47,802 bases of DNA from an uncultured Desulfovibrionaceae bacterium (GTDB taxonomy: Bacteria; Desulfobacterota; Desulfovibrionia; Desulfovibrionales; Desulfovibrionaceae): assembly GCA_964370125.1 (NCBI GenBank), contig CAYJIB010000003.1, forward strand, positions 1,785 through 49,586, in the 5' to 3' direction. Of the stretch, positions 18,068-26,540 are shown piece after piece. Position 1 is the first letter of the stretch; every line of letters begins with the position of its first letter. The position numbers and the translations under genes are program-made. The notes under the pieces were generated by a model that was not told where the DNA came from, searched no databases, and saw only the letters and a program-made list of their open reading frames with translations.

Positions 18068-18735
18068 TAGAAAATTTTTTAGCTTATAATACTTTCCAGA
18101 GCTTGCTTCTGGCGTCCCCTAAGGGGTATTTGGAGTGGGCGTGTCTTTCTGAAGAAGGCATGAAAAAGCCCCCTCCCCGAGGGAGGCTTAATTGATGCTT
18201 CGCACATTAAAGATGTTTAATTTCACTGAAATTGCAAGAAACAAAGACATTGAAGCGAGTTTTCTGGCAATTTTGTTAGCGTATTTTGAACTGAAAAGTT
18301 TCAATATCAAATGCTTAGTCTGTTTTTCAGCTTCGACTAAATAATGCTTGCCTTTTTTTTAATTTTTTTTTATTGTAACAAAGTATCAAATCTATATATT
18401 TAGTAATAGCTTCTATTACTATTAAATAAAATTTCACTTTTGTTAAAAAAAATCATTATAAAAGTCTTTTTTTTCTTAAAAATGAAAGTCCAAATGACAA
18501 AAAGTGCCTTTATCTCTTTTAAGTATTTCTTTTTCTTAAGTTTAATTCTTAAATAAGTCTGTGTCTTGCTTAAATTTTTTACTTTAAAGTAAAAAATTTC
18601 TCTATGTTTTTTTTCATAAAAAGTAAAAAAATAAAAATAGGTAAAATTTTTTAAAAAAAACTTTGAAGATAATAGTTCACAAAATCAGCTTATTATAAAA
18701 TTTTATAAAAAAAATTTAAAAAGAGAAGCAGTTTT

Positions 18736-18777
18736 TTCATAAAAGTGAAAGACCAACACAGTTTTAATATGTATAAT
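18736..18777 (+). promoter_or_regulatory. Candidate activator-dependent promoter of the GRE gene
   Basis: TATAAT at 18772-18777 has no good -35. TTCAT-N4-GTGAA (18736-18749) would be centred near -41.5 of the inferred start. Confidence 0.3.
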
Positions 18778-18821
18778 AGAGTCAAAATTAAACGGAGATA
18801 CAATCTCAGGAGGTTTTGAAT

Positions 18822-21461
18822 ATGTCTAATCAAGTTATCAAATCTCAAGTGTTGTCAATGTTAGAGACAGGTAAAACGGTTACTTGGCCTGCTAACATCG
18901 TAAAGCCAGAAACAGGCTTTACCCCAAAAGAAGTTAAAGGCAATCCATCTACAGAGCGTACCAAAAGAATGCAAAAGCGTTTCTTTGAAGGCAAGTGTCG
19001 CTTTGATACAGAAATGCCTCTTCTCTATACAGAAGGTTGGAAAGCCGCTGCTGGTCAGCCAATGTACATCCGCAGAGGTATGGCTTATAAGCACATGCTT
19101 TCAAACATGACTCCGCTGATCAAAGAAGACGAAGTTATCGTAATGTCAAAGCACCGCTACACACGCGGCGCCACCATGTATCCACAAGTTTCTACAAAGT
19201 TTATGATCGACTTCCTCAACATGGCTGTTGATGAAGAAGCAAAGCTCTTTAGCGTAAAAGGTACAGCCGCTGCTCACAATATCGATGAAGAAGGCTGGAC
19301 AAAGCTCGGTCAATTCTACGGTATCCCAACTGCTGAAGTTGAGCCAATGAAAGAGTGTTTGGAATACTGGAAGACACGTTCTATTGAAGACGTAGCCGAA
19401 AGCGTAATGGCTGACCTCTTCCCAGAGTACGAAGACTTGCTTCGTGGTACAAAGATCGGTATGTGGCCTGGTTCTGGTGTTGCCTCTGGTTGTGACGGCC
19501 GCTTTAGCCCAGCTTATGACATCGTAATCTACCGTGGTCTTGAAGACGTTATCAGAGAATGTAAAGAAAAAATCGCCAATGCCCAAGCTATTAAGCAAGA
19601 AGGCTCTGAGCAGATCTTCTTCTGGAGAGGCTGTATTCTCGCTTGTGAAGGTATGATTCAGTGGGCGAAAAATTATGCCGCTTCCGCTCGAGAAGCAGCA
19701 AAAACAGCCACCGGCGCACGCAAAGACGAACTCTTGCAAATGGCTGACACTCTTGAGTGGGTACCTGCAAAGCCTGCCCGTACGTACCGTGAAGGTATGC
19801 AAGCCGCTTGGGCCGGTCACATGATGGTGTGGAATGACTCTATGTTCCTTGGCCTTTCTCCAGGCCGTTGGGGTCAAATGCTTTATCCTCTTTATAAAGC
19901 CGACATCGAAGCTGGCCGCATCACTGACGAAGAAGTCTTGGAATTGTGGGAAATCATGCGTATTAAGTTTAGCTCTGAAGAGTTCATTACTCCTTCAGGC
20001 TGGGCAGCAACCGCTTCTGCAAACTCCTTCCAGCACATGGTAGCTGTTGGTGTTGACGATAAAGGCAGACCTCTTGAAAACCCAGTTGAACTTGCTATGC
20101 TTCAAGCTGGTATCAATATGCCTACTCCACAGCCAACACTTGGTGTATTCGTAGATGGCAAAACCCCAAGAAAACTCTTGCTCAAAGCCGCTGAATGTAC
20201 AAAAGCCGGTAACGGTTATCCCGCATGGTTTAACTATGACATGATGGTAAAGCATCTTCTTTGGTCACATGCAGAAGAAGGTATCACCATGGAAGACGCC
20301 AAAAACGTCGCTATCTCTGGTTGCGTAGAAATCGGCGCACAAGGCACAACTCACCCGATCTCTCACCCAGCATTCTACAATCAAGCCAAAACTCTTGAGC
20401 TTGCTCTTAATGACGGTGTTGACCCAAGAACTGGCGAAGTGTGCTACAAAGGCCTTAAAGCTATCAATAGCTATCAAGACGTTTGGGACAACTTTGTTGC
20501 CATTCGTGAACACTACATGAAAGTCTACATGCGTTATTGGAACTATGTAATGGCTATCTTCCGTGAAAACCATCCAAAAATCGCTTCTTCCGTACTTATG
20601 CATGACTGCGTAAAAGTGGGACGTCCGATTTGCTGTAACGGTATCCGCTACAATAAGTCCGTAACCTTGCTTGAGTCTGGTACTGTAAACGTATGTAACA
20701 GCTTGGCCGCTCTTAAAAAGCTCGTATGGGAAGACAAAAAATACACCTACGCTGACTTTAAAGACGCTATGGACAACAACTTCGGTTATATGCTTGGCGC
20801 AGAGAACAACAACTTCTCTATGCTCAACCAAGAAATCGATCCTGCAAAACACGAAAAGTATGTACAAATCCACAGAGACGTACTCGAAGCGCCTAAGTTT
20901 GGTAACGACGATGACTTCGTTGACGACATCTTTGTTGACTTGTGGCAAGATTATGACCGTGTATGTGCCTCTGAAACAACCTATCTTGGCTACCGCTGGT
21001 TGACAGCTGCCTTGTCAATCTCTGCTCACGGCCCACACGGACGTGTAACAGGCGCAGGCCCAGACGGACGTCTTGCTGGCGTAACACTTTGTGACGGTAT
21101 CCTTTCTGCCGCACCAGGAACAGACGTAAACGGCGCTCTCGCTCTTATGCGCTCTGGTGTAAAGCTTGATCCAACTGAATACCGCAGTGTACAACTCAAC
21201 ATGAAGTTCCACCCTTCAGCCGTAGAAGGCGAAGAAGGCAGCAACAACTTTGTTGACTTCATCAAATCCTACTTTGACATGGGCGGCTTCCACGTACAGT
21301 TCAACGTAGTTGACTCCAACATGTTGCGTGACGCACAAGCAAAGCCTGAAGAATACCGTGACCTTATGGTACGTGTAGCTGGCTTTAGCTCATACTGGGG
21401 CGAGCTTGGCAAACCTATACAAGACGAAGTTATCGCACGTACAGAATACAACGCGATGTAA
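18822..21461 (+). CDS. Glycyl radical enzyme (PFL-like superfamily, GCVE Cys-loop eliminase/decarboxylase type), substrate unknown
   Basis: Glycyl radical motif MVRVAGFSSYW near the C-terminus. Thiyl loop ISGCVEIGAQG. GRE blocks APKFGNDDDFVD and GAGPDGRLAG. AGGAGG RBS precedes the ATG at 18822. Confidence 0.95.
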   Translation: MSNQVIKSQVLSMLETGKTVTWPANIVKPETGFTPKEVKGNPSTERTKRMQKRFFEGKCRFDTEMPLLYTEGWKAAAGQPMYIRRGMAYKHMLSNMTPLIKEDEVIVMSKHRYTRGATMYPQVSTKFMIDFLNMAVDEEAKLFSVKGTAAAHNIDEEGWTKLGQFYGIPTAEVEPMKECLEYWKTRSIEDVAESVMADLFPEYEDLLRGTKIGMWPGSGVASGCDGRFSPAYDIVIYRGLEDVIRECKEKIANAQAIKQEGSEQIFFWRGCILACEGMIQWAKNYAASAREAAKTATGARKDELLQMADTLEWVPAKPARTYREGMQAAWAGHMMVWNDSMFLGLSPGRWGQMLYPLYKADIEAGRITDEEVLELWEIMRIKFSSEEFITPSGWAATASANSFQHMVAVGVDDKGRPLENPVELAMLQAGINMPTPQPTLGVFVDGKTPRKLLLKAAECTKAGNGYPAWFNYDMMVKHLLWSHAEEGITMEDAKNVAISGCVEIGAQGTTHPISHPAFYNQAKTLELALNDGVDPRTGEVCYKGLKAINSYQDVWDNFVAIREHYMKVYMRYWNYVMAIFRENHPKIASSVLMHDCVKVGRPICCNGIRYNKSVTLLESGTVNVCNSLAALKKLVWEDKKYTYADFKDAMDNNFGYMLGAENNNFSMLNQEIDPAKHEKYVQIHRDVLEAPKFGNDDDFVDDIFVDLWQDYDRVCASETTYLGYRWLTAALSISAHGPHGRVTGAGPDGRLAGVTLCDGILSAAPGTDVNGALALMRSGVKLDPTEYRSVQLNMKFHPSAVEGEEGSNNFVDFIKSYFDMGGFHVQFNVVDSNMLRDAQAKPEEYRDLMVRVAGFSSYWGELGKPIQDEVIARTEYNAM

Positions 21462-21473
21462 TCTATAAACCTT

Positions 21474-21505
21474 AGCAAATAGGGGACTTAGCTCCCCTAT
21501 TTGCT
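21474..21505 (+). terminator. 13-bp-stem hairpin after the GRE gene (no T-run; partial terminator or mRNA stabiliser)
   Basis: agcaaatagggga / tcccctatttgct with a 6-nt loop. Confidence 0.45.
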
Positions 21506-21640
21506 GAACAAGGCCTTATCAATAAAAGACATTGCACAATTGTTTTTAACAAAAGATTGAATATAATCGTGCAAGAAACTACAAAAACAACAATAAGGCC
21601 AAGAAGACAATTATGGTGCAGTTTTCAATCTGTAATACAT

Positions 21641-21680
21641 AGGGGAAAGTTGCCATTTTCTTTCCCCTTTAATCTCTTTT
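21641..21680 (+). terminator. Terminator-like hairpin in the leader of the first locus MFS gene (candidate attenuator)
   Basis: aggggaaag / ctttcccct followed by ttaatctctttt, ending about 22 nt before the start codon. Confidence 0.35.
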
Positions 21681-21702
21681 AATGAGACGGGAGAGAATTG
21701 GT

Positions 21703-23043
21703 ATGAGTAGTAATAATGCAAGTCCGGTGGCAAAATTCTCAGGCTGGACAGTCGTAACCGGCGCCTTCTTTTTGATTTTCTTTCACATGATTGTTCGTGG
21801 CTCTTTTGCTACCTTGATTCCTGCAATGGTAGCCGATACGGGCTGGTCTACAGGCACAGTGTCTGCTGGTAGTTCCTTTTTCTTATTGTTCTACGGTCTT
21901 TTCGCCTTCTTAACAGGCACCTATATCGGCAAACTCGGTTGTCGCTTAACCTACACTATCCACGCCCTTCTTTTGGGTGGTGGACTTTTCTTGTGCAGCT
22001 ATGCCACACAGCCCTGGCAGTATTGGGTCTTTTATGGCGTAATGGGCGGTGCTGGTGCTGGTGCTTTTTGGGCCCCTGTAACCGCAATGGTGCGCCAATG
22101 GTTTATTGAAAAGCTCGGTCTTGCGATGGGTCTTGCTATTGCGGCTGCTGGTCTTTCGATGGGTCTTGCGCCTATCATTTCAATGTATCTTATTGCGGGT
22201 CAATCTTGGCAAATGATGATGCGTATTCTTGGTGTTGTTCTTATTGTGGGCATTGCAGTTGCTGCACAATTTACAACAATGAAGCCAGAAGACGCAGGCC
22301 AAAAGCCTTTGGGCTTTGAAGCCTTTATGGCAAGGATGGCGGCTTCTGCGGGTACTGCTCCAAAGCAAGAATTTTATGTTCCCTTTGCTTGGGCCGTAAA
22401 AAATAAAGTCTTTTGGATTTTTGCTTTTGCTTGGTTTTTCTCTAACTTTGCAGAATTCATCGTCTTTGCTCACGCTATCAACTATGTAACCCTTGACCTT
22501 GGCTTTAGCAAAATTGACGCTACTTATGCCTATTGTCTTATCGGCTTTGTCTTTATCTTCTCTGCTATTTATGCAGGTAATATTGCTGACAGCCTTACCA
22601 AAAAATTGGGCGATCCGATTAAAGCACGCAAAAGAATTTTGACCTTTGCGTATCTTGGTGCAGCTTGTTCATGTATCTGGCTCAACTATGTTGTTCGCGG
22701 TTATAGTGATGGCGGAGCTTTTGTTGTGCCTTTTGCTGTCTATACCGCCTTCTTTGGTTTTGTGTTCGGAACGTACATTACGACATTTGCCGGTTTGGTG
22801 GGTGTTATCATGGGACGTAAAGAAATGGCACCTGCATGGGGCTTTATCACAGTAGTTGGTATGGGCGGCGGTGCTGGTCTTGGTCCTTATGTTGCTGGCG
22901 CTTTGCGTGACTCAACTGGCAGCTATTTCCCAGCTATTTGGTTGTCAACTGTATGTTATGTTGTCGCTGTTATTCTTGTAAATATTCAAAGGCAGCCGAC
23001 AAATGAAGAGATCTGGGGTCCTGCTGGTCCTCCACAAGCCTAA
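21703..23043 (+). CDS. MFS transporter (oxalate/formate antiporter-like, organic-anion type)
   Basis: 12 TM profile. ATG at 21703 has gggagag 8 nt upstream. Confidence 0.8.
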   Translation: MSSNNASPVAKFSGWTVVTGAFFLIFFHMIVRGSFATLIPAMVADTGWSTGTVSAGSSFFLLFYGLFAFLTGTYIGKLGCRLTYTIHALLLGGGLFLCSYATQPWQYWVFYGVMGGAGAGAFWAPVTAMVRQWFIEKLGLAMGLAIAAAGLSMGLAPIISMYLIAGQSWQMMMRILGVVLIVGIAVAAQFTTMKPEDAGQKPLGFEAFMARMAASAGTAPKQEFYVPFAWAVKNKVFWIFAFAWFFSNFAEFIVFAHAINYVTLDLGFSKIDATYAYCLIGFVFIFSAIYAGNIADSLTKKLGDPIKARKRILTFAYLGAACSCIWLNYVVRGYSDGGAFVVPFAVYTAFFGFVFGTYITTFAGLVGVIMGRKEMAPAWGFITVVGMGGGAGLGPYVAGALRDSTGSYFPAIWLSTVCYVVAVILVNIQRQPTNEEIWGPAGPPQA

Positions 23044-23174
23044 AAAGCTATAGACAAAGTTCTTTGTATGATTATTTACATTTGACAGCATTTCATTTAG
23101 TTTCCTTATGAAACAAGCCCGCTCAGTGATTTTGGGCGGGCTTACTCGGCACAACTGGAGGGAGGTTTGTCGCC

Positions 23175-24119
23175 ATGGAAAACAGCCAAGAACTGCAAGC
23201 ATTGATATTTAATATTCAGCCCTATTCATCACATGATGGCCCGGGCCTTCGGACAACAGTTTTCTTTAAGGGTTGTGCTCTTAAATGTCTGTGGTGCGCA
23301 AATCCCGAAAGCCAGAAGATGATTCCCGAACTTCTTTATCACAAGCAAAAGTGTTGCGCCTGTTTTCGTTGCAAGCAGTTTTGCCCGCATGACGCAATAA
23401 GCGCCTATGAGAGCGAAGAAGATCTTGAAAACTTTGGTTTTGTTCGCTTTGATAGAAAGAAATGCGACAAGTGCGAAAATCACGAATGTGTACGGGCTTG
23501 CGTGCAATCTGCTTTAACGGTTAGCGGAAAATACATGACGATTGATGAAATTTATGAAAAAGTCAGTCGAGATGTAAAAATGTACAGTAAAGAAGGCGGC
23601 GTTACCCTTTCTGGTGGTGACCCTTTGATGCAGCCTGTCTTTGTTGCCGCACTCTTAAAGAAATTTCAAGAGAACGGTATCAATACAGCCTTAGAGTCCG
23701 ACCTTTTGGTTCCACAAAAAAGCTTAGAGATGGTCATGCCCTATGTAGATCATTTTTTGACAGACATGAAGCTTTATGACGAGCAAAGGCATATTGAGGC
23801 AACGGGAAAGAGCAATAAAATCATTTTAGAGAATTTGCGTCTTTTAGGGAAGACATATCCTGAAAAAGTGCTTCTTCGTGTGCCTATTATTCCAACTTTT
23901 ACTGATAGCGAAGAAAATATCCGCAATATTATAGCTTTTTGCCTTGAAAACAATTTGCCAAGAATCAATATTCTGCCCTATCACAAATTGGGCTCTGGGA
24001 AGTTTTCGCAAGTTGGGAAGATTTATGAGATGCCCGACCTTCCCATTCCAGCCAAAGAGTTTATGCAAGGCATAGCGGCTTATATTGAAGCCTACGGCAT
24101 AAAGTGTAAGGTAAATTAA
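23175..24119 (+). CDS. Glycyl-radical enzyme activating enzyme (radical SAM) with an auxiliary ferredoxin-like di-cluster insert
   Basis: CxxxCxxC (GCALKCLWC), followed by CCACFRCKQFCP and CDKCENHECVRAC cluster motifs and the GGVTLSGGDP SAM motif. Confidence 0.95.
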   Translation: MENSQELQALIFNIQPYSSHDGPGLRTTVFFKGCALKCLWCANPESQKMIPELLYHKQKCCACFRCKQFCPHDAISAYESEEDLENFGFVRFDRKKCDKCENHECVRACVQSALTVSGKYMTIDEIYEKVSRDVKMYSKEGGVTLSGGDPLMQPVFVAALLKKFQENGINTALESDLLVPQKSLEMVMPYVDHFLTDMKLYDEQRHIEATGKSNKIILENLRLLGKTYPEKVLLRVPIIPTFTDSEENIRNIIAFCLENNLPRINILPYHKLGSGKFSQVGKIYEMPDLPIPAKEFMQGIAAYIEAYGIKCKVN

Positions 24120-24143
24120 GTTTTTTATGACGATGTAGAGCCT

Positions 24144-24175
24144 AAAGCCTATCCTGTGCAGGATAGGCTTTTTTA
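24144..24175 (+). terminator. Strong rho-independent terminator after the activase
   Basis: aaagcctatcct / aggataggcttt followed by a T-run. Confidence 0.8.
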
Positions 24176-24337
24176 TGATTTCCAAAAAAAGAAATGACAA
24201 AAGTGAAGAAAATTTTCTTTTTTTTGAAAAGCTCTTAGCCTATTTTTTCTTTATCTTACGAGCTTTTTGCAAGCCTTTATCTATGAAAAGGCGAGTAAAA
24301 AGAAGGTGTAAGCCATTCAAAAAACGGTAAAAAACAC

Positions 24338-24366
24338 TTGACAAAACAAATTGCCTTGTATACGTT
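24338..24366 (+). promoter_or_regulatory. Sigma70-type promoter about 470 nt upstream of the second locus MFS gene
   Basis: TTGACA-N17-TACGTT (alternatively N15-TATACG). Confidence 0.4.
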
Positions 24367-24817
24367 CGAAAGAAGGCAGATTCTTTGTGACAGGAGGTGA
24401 GAGGAATCTTTGTTTTATGTGTTTTTGGCTAGATGAAATTTTTGGTTTTTATTTTTTAGTAAAAGCCGCCTCGCCTTGTTCAGCTATTGTTTCTAACTTT
24501 AGCCTGAATAAAGCACAAGGCAAGCCACAAGAAGCCTGTATCTTTGGTGAACGTGCTTGCATTTGCCCATGCTTTGGGTGAAATTGTTTTGTTTTGTACA
24601 TTGCCAGTTATTGCTTACAATTTTTTAGAGAATATTGTTTGCGGGCTGCTTGTACCTTGGTTTATGTCTGGCGATGAAAATAGTACACAGTTTGCACTAG
24701 AAAGTGACAGAAAAAAATGGCGCTGGTGCAGGCAAAAAAAGCATTCTTTGCTTTTTTGTATTAAAATTCATACGCACTATTTTTGAATCATTCTCATTTT
24801 AACTAAGGAGACTCAAA

Positions 24818-26116
24818 ATGGATGATGCTGCACGTTCACAACGGTTAGGTAAGATTACTACCTTTTCCTGCTGGCTAGCTCTTTTTGGTTTGTTCGGTTT
24901 CCGTACAACCTTTGCTGTTCTTAAAAACCCTATGGCCGCTGACCTTGCTTGGTCTGGTGCTGACGTATCATTGGGATATTCTATCCTTATGCTCGTTTAT
25001 GCTATCACAGCATTTTTCTCTGGCCCAATGATTGACAAATGGGGCACACGCCCAACATTCGCCATTGCGGCCGTTTTCGGCTTCTTGGGCTTCTTCCTTA
25101 CCGCAAAAATCGACACCGTACTTGCTTACTACTTCACCTTTGGTGTAATCGGTGGTGTATCTAACGGTATGTGTTGGGTATCTTCAACTGTATCTATCCG
25201 TAAATGGTACGTTGGTGCCGGATACGGTAAGATGTTTGGTTGGGCCTTCATGGGTGCACCTGTTGCACAAATCATCATGTCCACAATGGTAAAAAGCCAG
25301 CTCGCTGGTGGTGACCCAACCGCTTGGCGTGGTGCTATGCACTCTCTTAGCTTCCTTACCCTTGCTGTACTCGCCCTTGCTGCTATCGTAGCCAGAAAAA
25401 CACCTGAGCAATACGGTCTTAAGCCAAACGGCTTGCCACCAGCCCCAGCTCCAGGTGCCCCAGCTGCTGCTGCACCTCCAGCAGAATACCGCTGGACACG
25501 TGGCGAAGCTTTCAGAACCTACCCAGTATGGGCCGCTATCCTCGTCTTCTTGACCGCGATGATCGGCGAATTCCTTATCTGGAGCCAAATCGTATCTTAC
25601 TGGGTACTTGACCTTAAAATGCCTCTTGCTGACGCTACTGACATGTATATCCTTATTGGTATCTTCGGTATCTTCACCATGGTACTTGTTGGTATGGGTA
25701 CTGACGCAATCGTAAGAAAAGTCGGACACGAGCCAACCGGTCGTCGTCTCGTACTTATCATCGGACCACTAATCGGCTTCATCGCTTGTGTGCTTCTCCT
25801 TATGCAGCCACAAAACGTTATGTTCGGTTATGCTTCTACAGTTATCTTTGCAATCTACTGGGCGATCGTGCCTGGTGGTGTTGTGGGTTACGCCGGTTCT
25901 ATCTACGGTCGTCTTACACTCGGAACAATCTGGGGCCTCGCTACCCTTATCATCATGGGTATCGGACCGTTCACAGGTTCTTTCGTAGGTGCTACTTTGG
26001 CTGACCATTTCGGTAGCTATCGTTATTCCATCATGTTCGCAGCTGGTGCCTTCGTTGTTGCATCTATCTTTGCGTTCACCATGCCTACAAGCATTAAAAC
26101 ACCTGATCAAAAATAA
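24818..26116 (+). CDS. MFS transporter (OFA-like) with a Pro/Ala-rich central loop
   Basis: 12 TM profile, RBS aaggaga, and central loop GLPPAPAPGAPAAAAPPAEY. Confidence 0.85.
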   Translation: MDDAARSQRLGKITTFSCWLALFGLFGFRTTFAVLKNPMAADLAWSGADVSLGYSILMLVYAITAFFSGPMIDKWGTRPTFAIAAVFGFLGFFLTAKIDTVLAYYFTFGVIGGVSNGMCWVSSTVSIRKWYVGAGYGKMFGWAFMGAPVAQIIMSTMVKSQLAGGDPTAWRGAMHSLSFLTLAVLALAAIVARKTPEQYGLKPNGLPPAPAPGAPAAAAPPAEYRWTRGEAFRTYPVWAAILVFLTAMIGEFLIWSQIVSYWVLDLKMPLADATDMYILIGIFGIFTMVLVGMGTDAIVRKVGHEPTGRRLVLIIGPLIGFIACVLLLMQPQNVMFGYASTVIFAIYWAIVPGGVVGYAGSIYGRLTLGTIWGLATLIIMGIGPFTGSFVGATLADHFGSYRYSIMFAAGAFVVASIFAFTMPTSIKTPDQK

Positions 26117-26127
26117 GTTTGTTGTTT

Positions 26128-26161
26128 ATAGCCTCTTTGTCACTAGTGGCAAAGAGGCTAT
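26128..26161 (+). terminator. Hairpin after the second MFS gene
   Basis: atagcctctttg / caaagaggctat. Confidence 0.55.
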
Positions 26162-26251
26162 TTCAATCTTGCTTTACCAAAATGCTTTTATAAAAACAAA
26201 ACAATTTTGCCGAAGAAAAACACAGAAGAATAATTTTCCTCTAACACTTCC

Positions 26252-26301
26252 TCCTCCTGTTTATAGAAGCTTTATGCTCAACATAAACAGGAGGTTTTTT
26301 T
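26252..26301 (+). terminator. Second, strong rho-independent terminator
   Basis: cctcctgtttat / ataaacaggagg followed by eight or more T residues. Confidence 0.7.
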
Positions 26302-26462
26302 TGTGCAAGTGTACAGTTCACAGCAAATAAGCGGCTTGTTTTCACATAATTTAAGCGATGCTCAAAAAAAGGGCATATTTCACTAGGAAGAGTAGATATT
26401 TTTCGATATTTTGTTAAAAAATAGACTTTTCTTCTGTAAGGTTGCTTTTTTAGGAAGATTTC

Positions 26463-26491
26463 TTGACAAGCGCATAGAAATAAGGTATTCT
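26463..26491 (+). promoter_or_regulatory. Sigma70-type promoter of the DUF4125-like gene
   Basis: TTGACA-N17-TATTCT. Confidence 0.5.
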
Positions 26492-26540
26492 TAAGCTTGT
26501 GGTGAAAATTTTAATAAACAAAGACCATAAGGAGAACATT

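Noticed and set aside
17826-18089. 87-aa ORF running from the end of the third MFS gene through the palindrome and direct repeats.
   Set aside because: It overlaps the MFS C-terminus and is composed of repeat-derived sequence. It has no RBS.
18478-18490. The shared word aaaatgaaagtc between the GRE upstream region and the Fur-box-like site at 37559-37570, as evidence that Fur also controls the GRE.
   Set aside because: By my rough estimate, on the order of a hundred chance 12-mer coincidences are expected within a 48-kb window on both strands. The GRE-side site matches only about 11 of 19 Fur-box positions.
19146-20948. Long antisense ORFs inside the GRE gene (19146-19877 and 20265-20948, minus strand).
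   Set aside because: They lie entirely within a strongly supported CDS on the other strand. They have no RBS, and their composition is typical of shadow frames.
24351-24786. Two plus-strand ORFs (76 and 80 aa) in the leader of the second MFS gene.
   Set aside because: They have non-ATG or unsupported starts with no Shine-Dalgarno sequence, and a Cys/Phe/Leu-rich composition typical of random AT-rich frames. I treated the region as non-coding leader.
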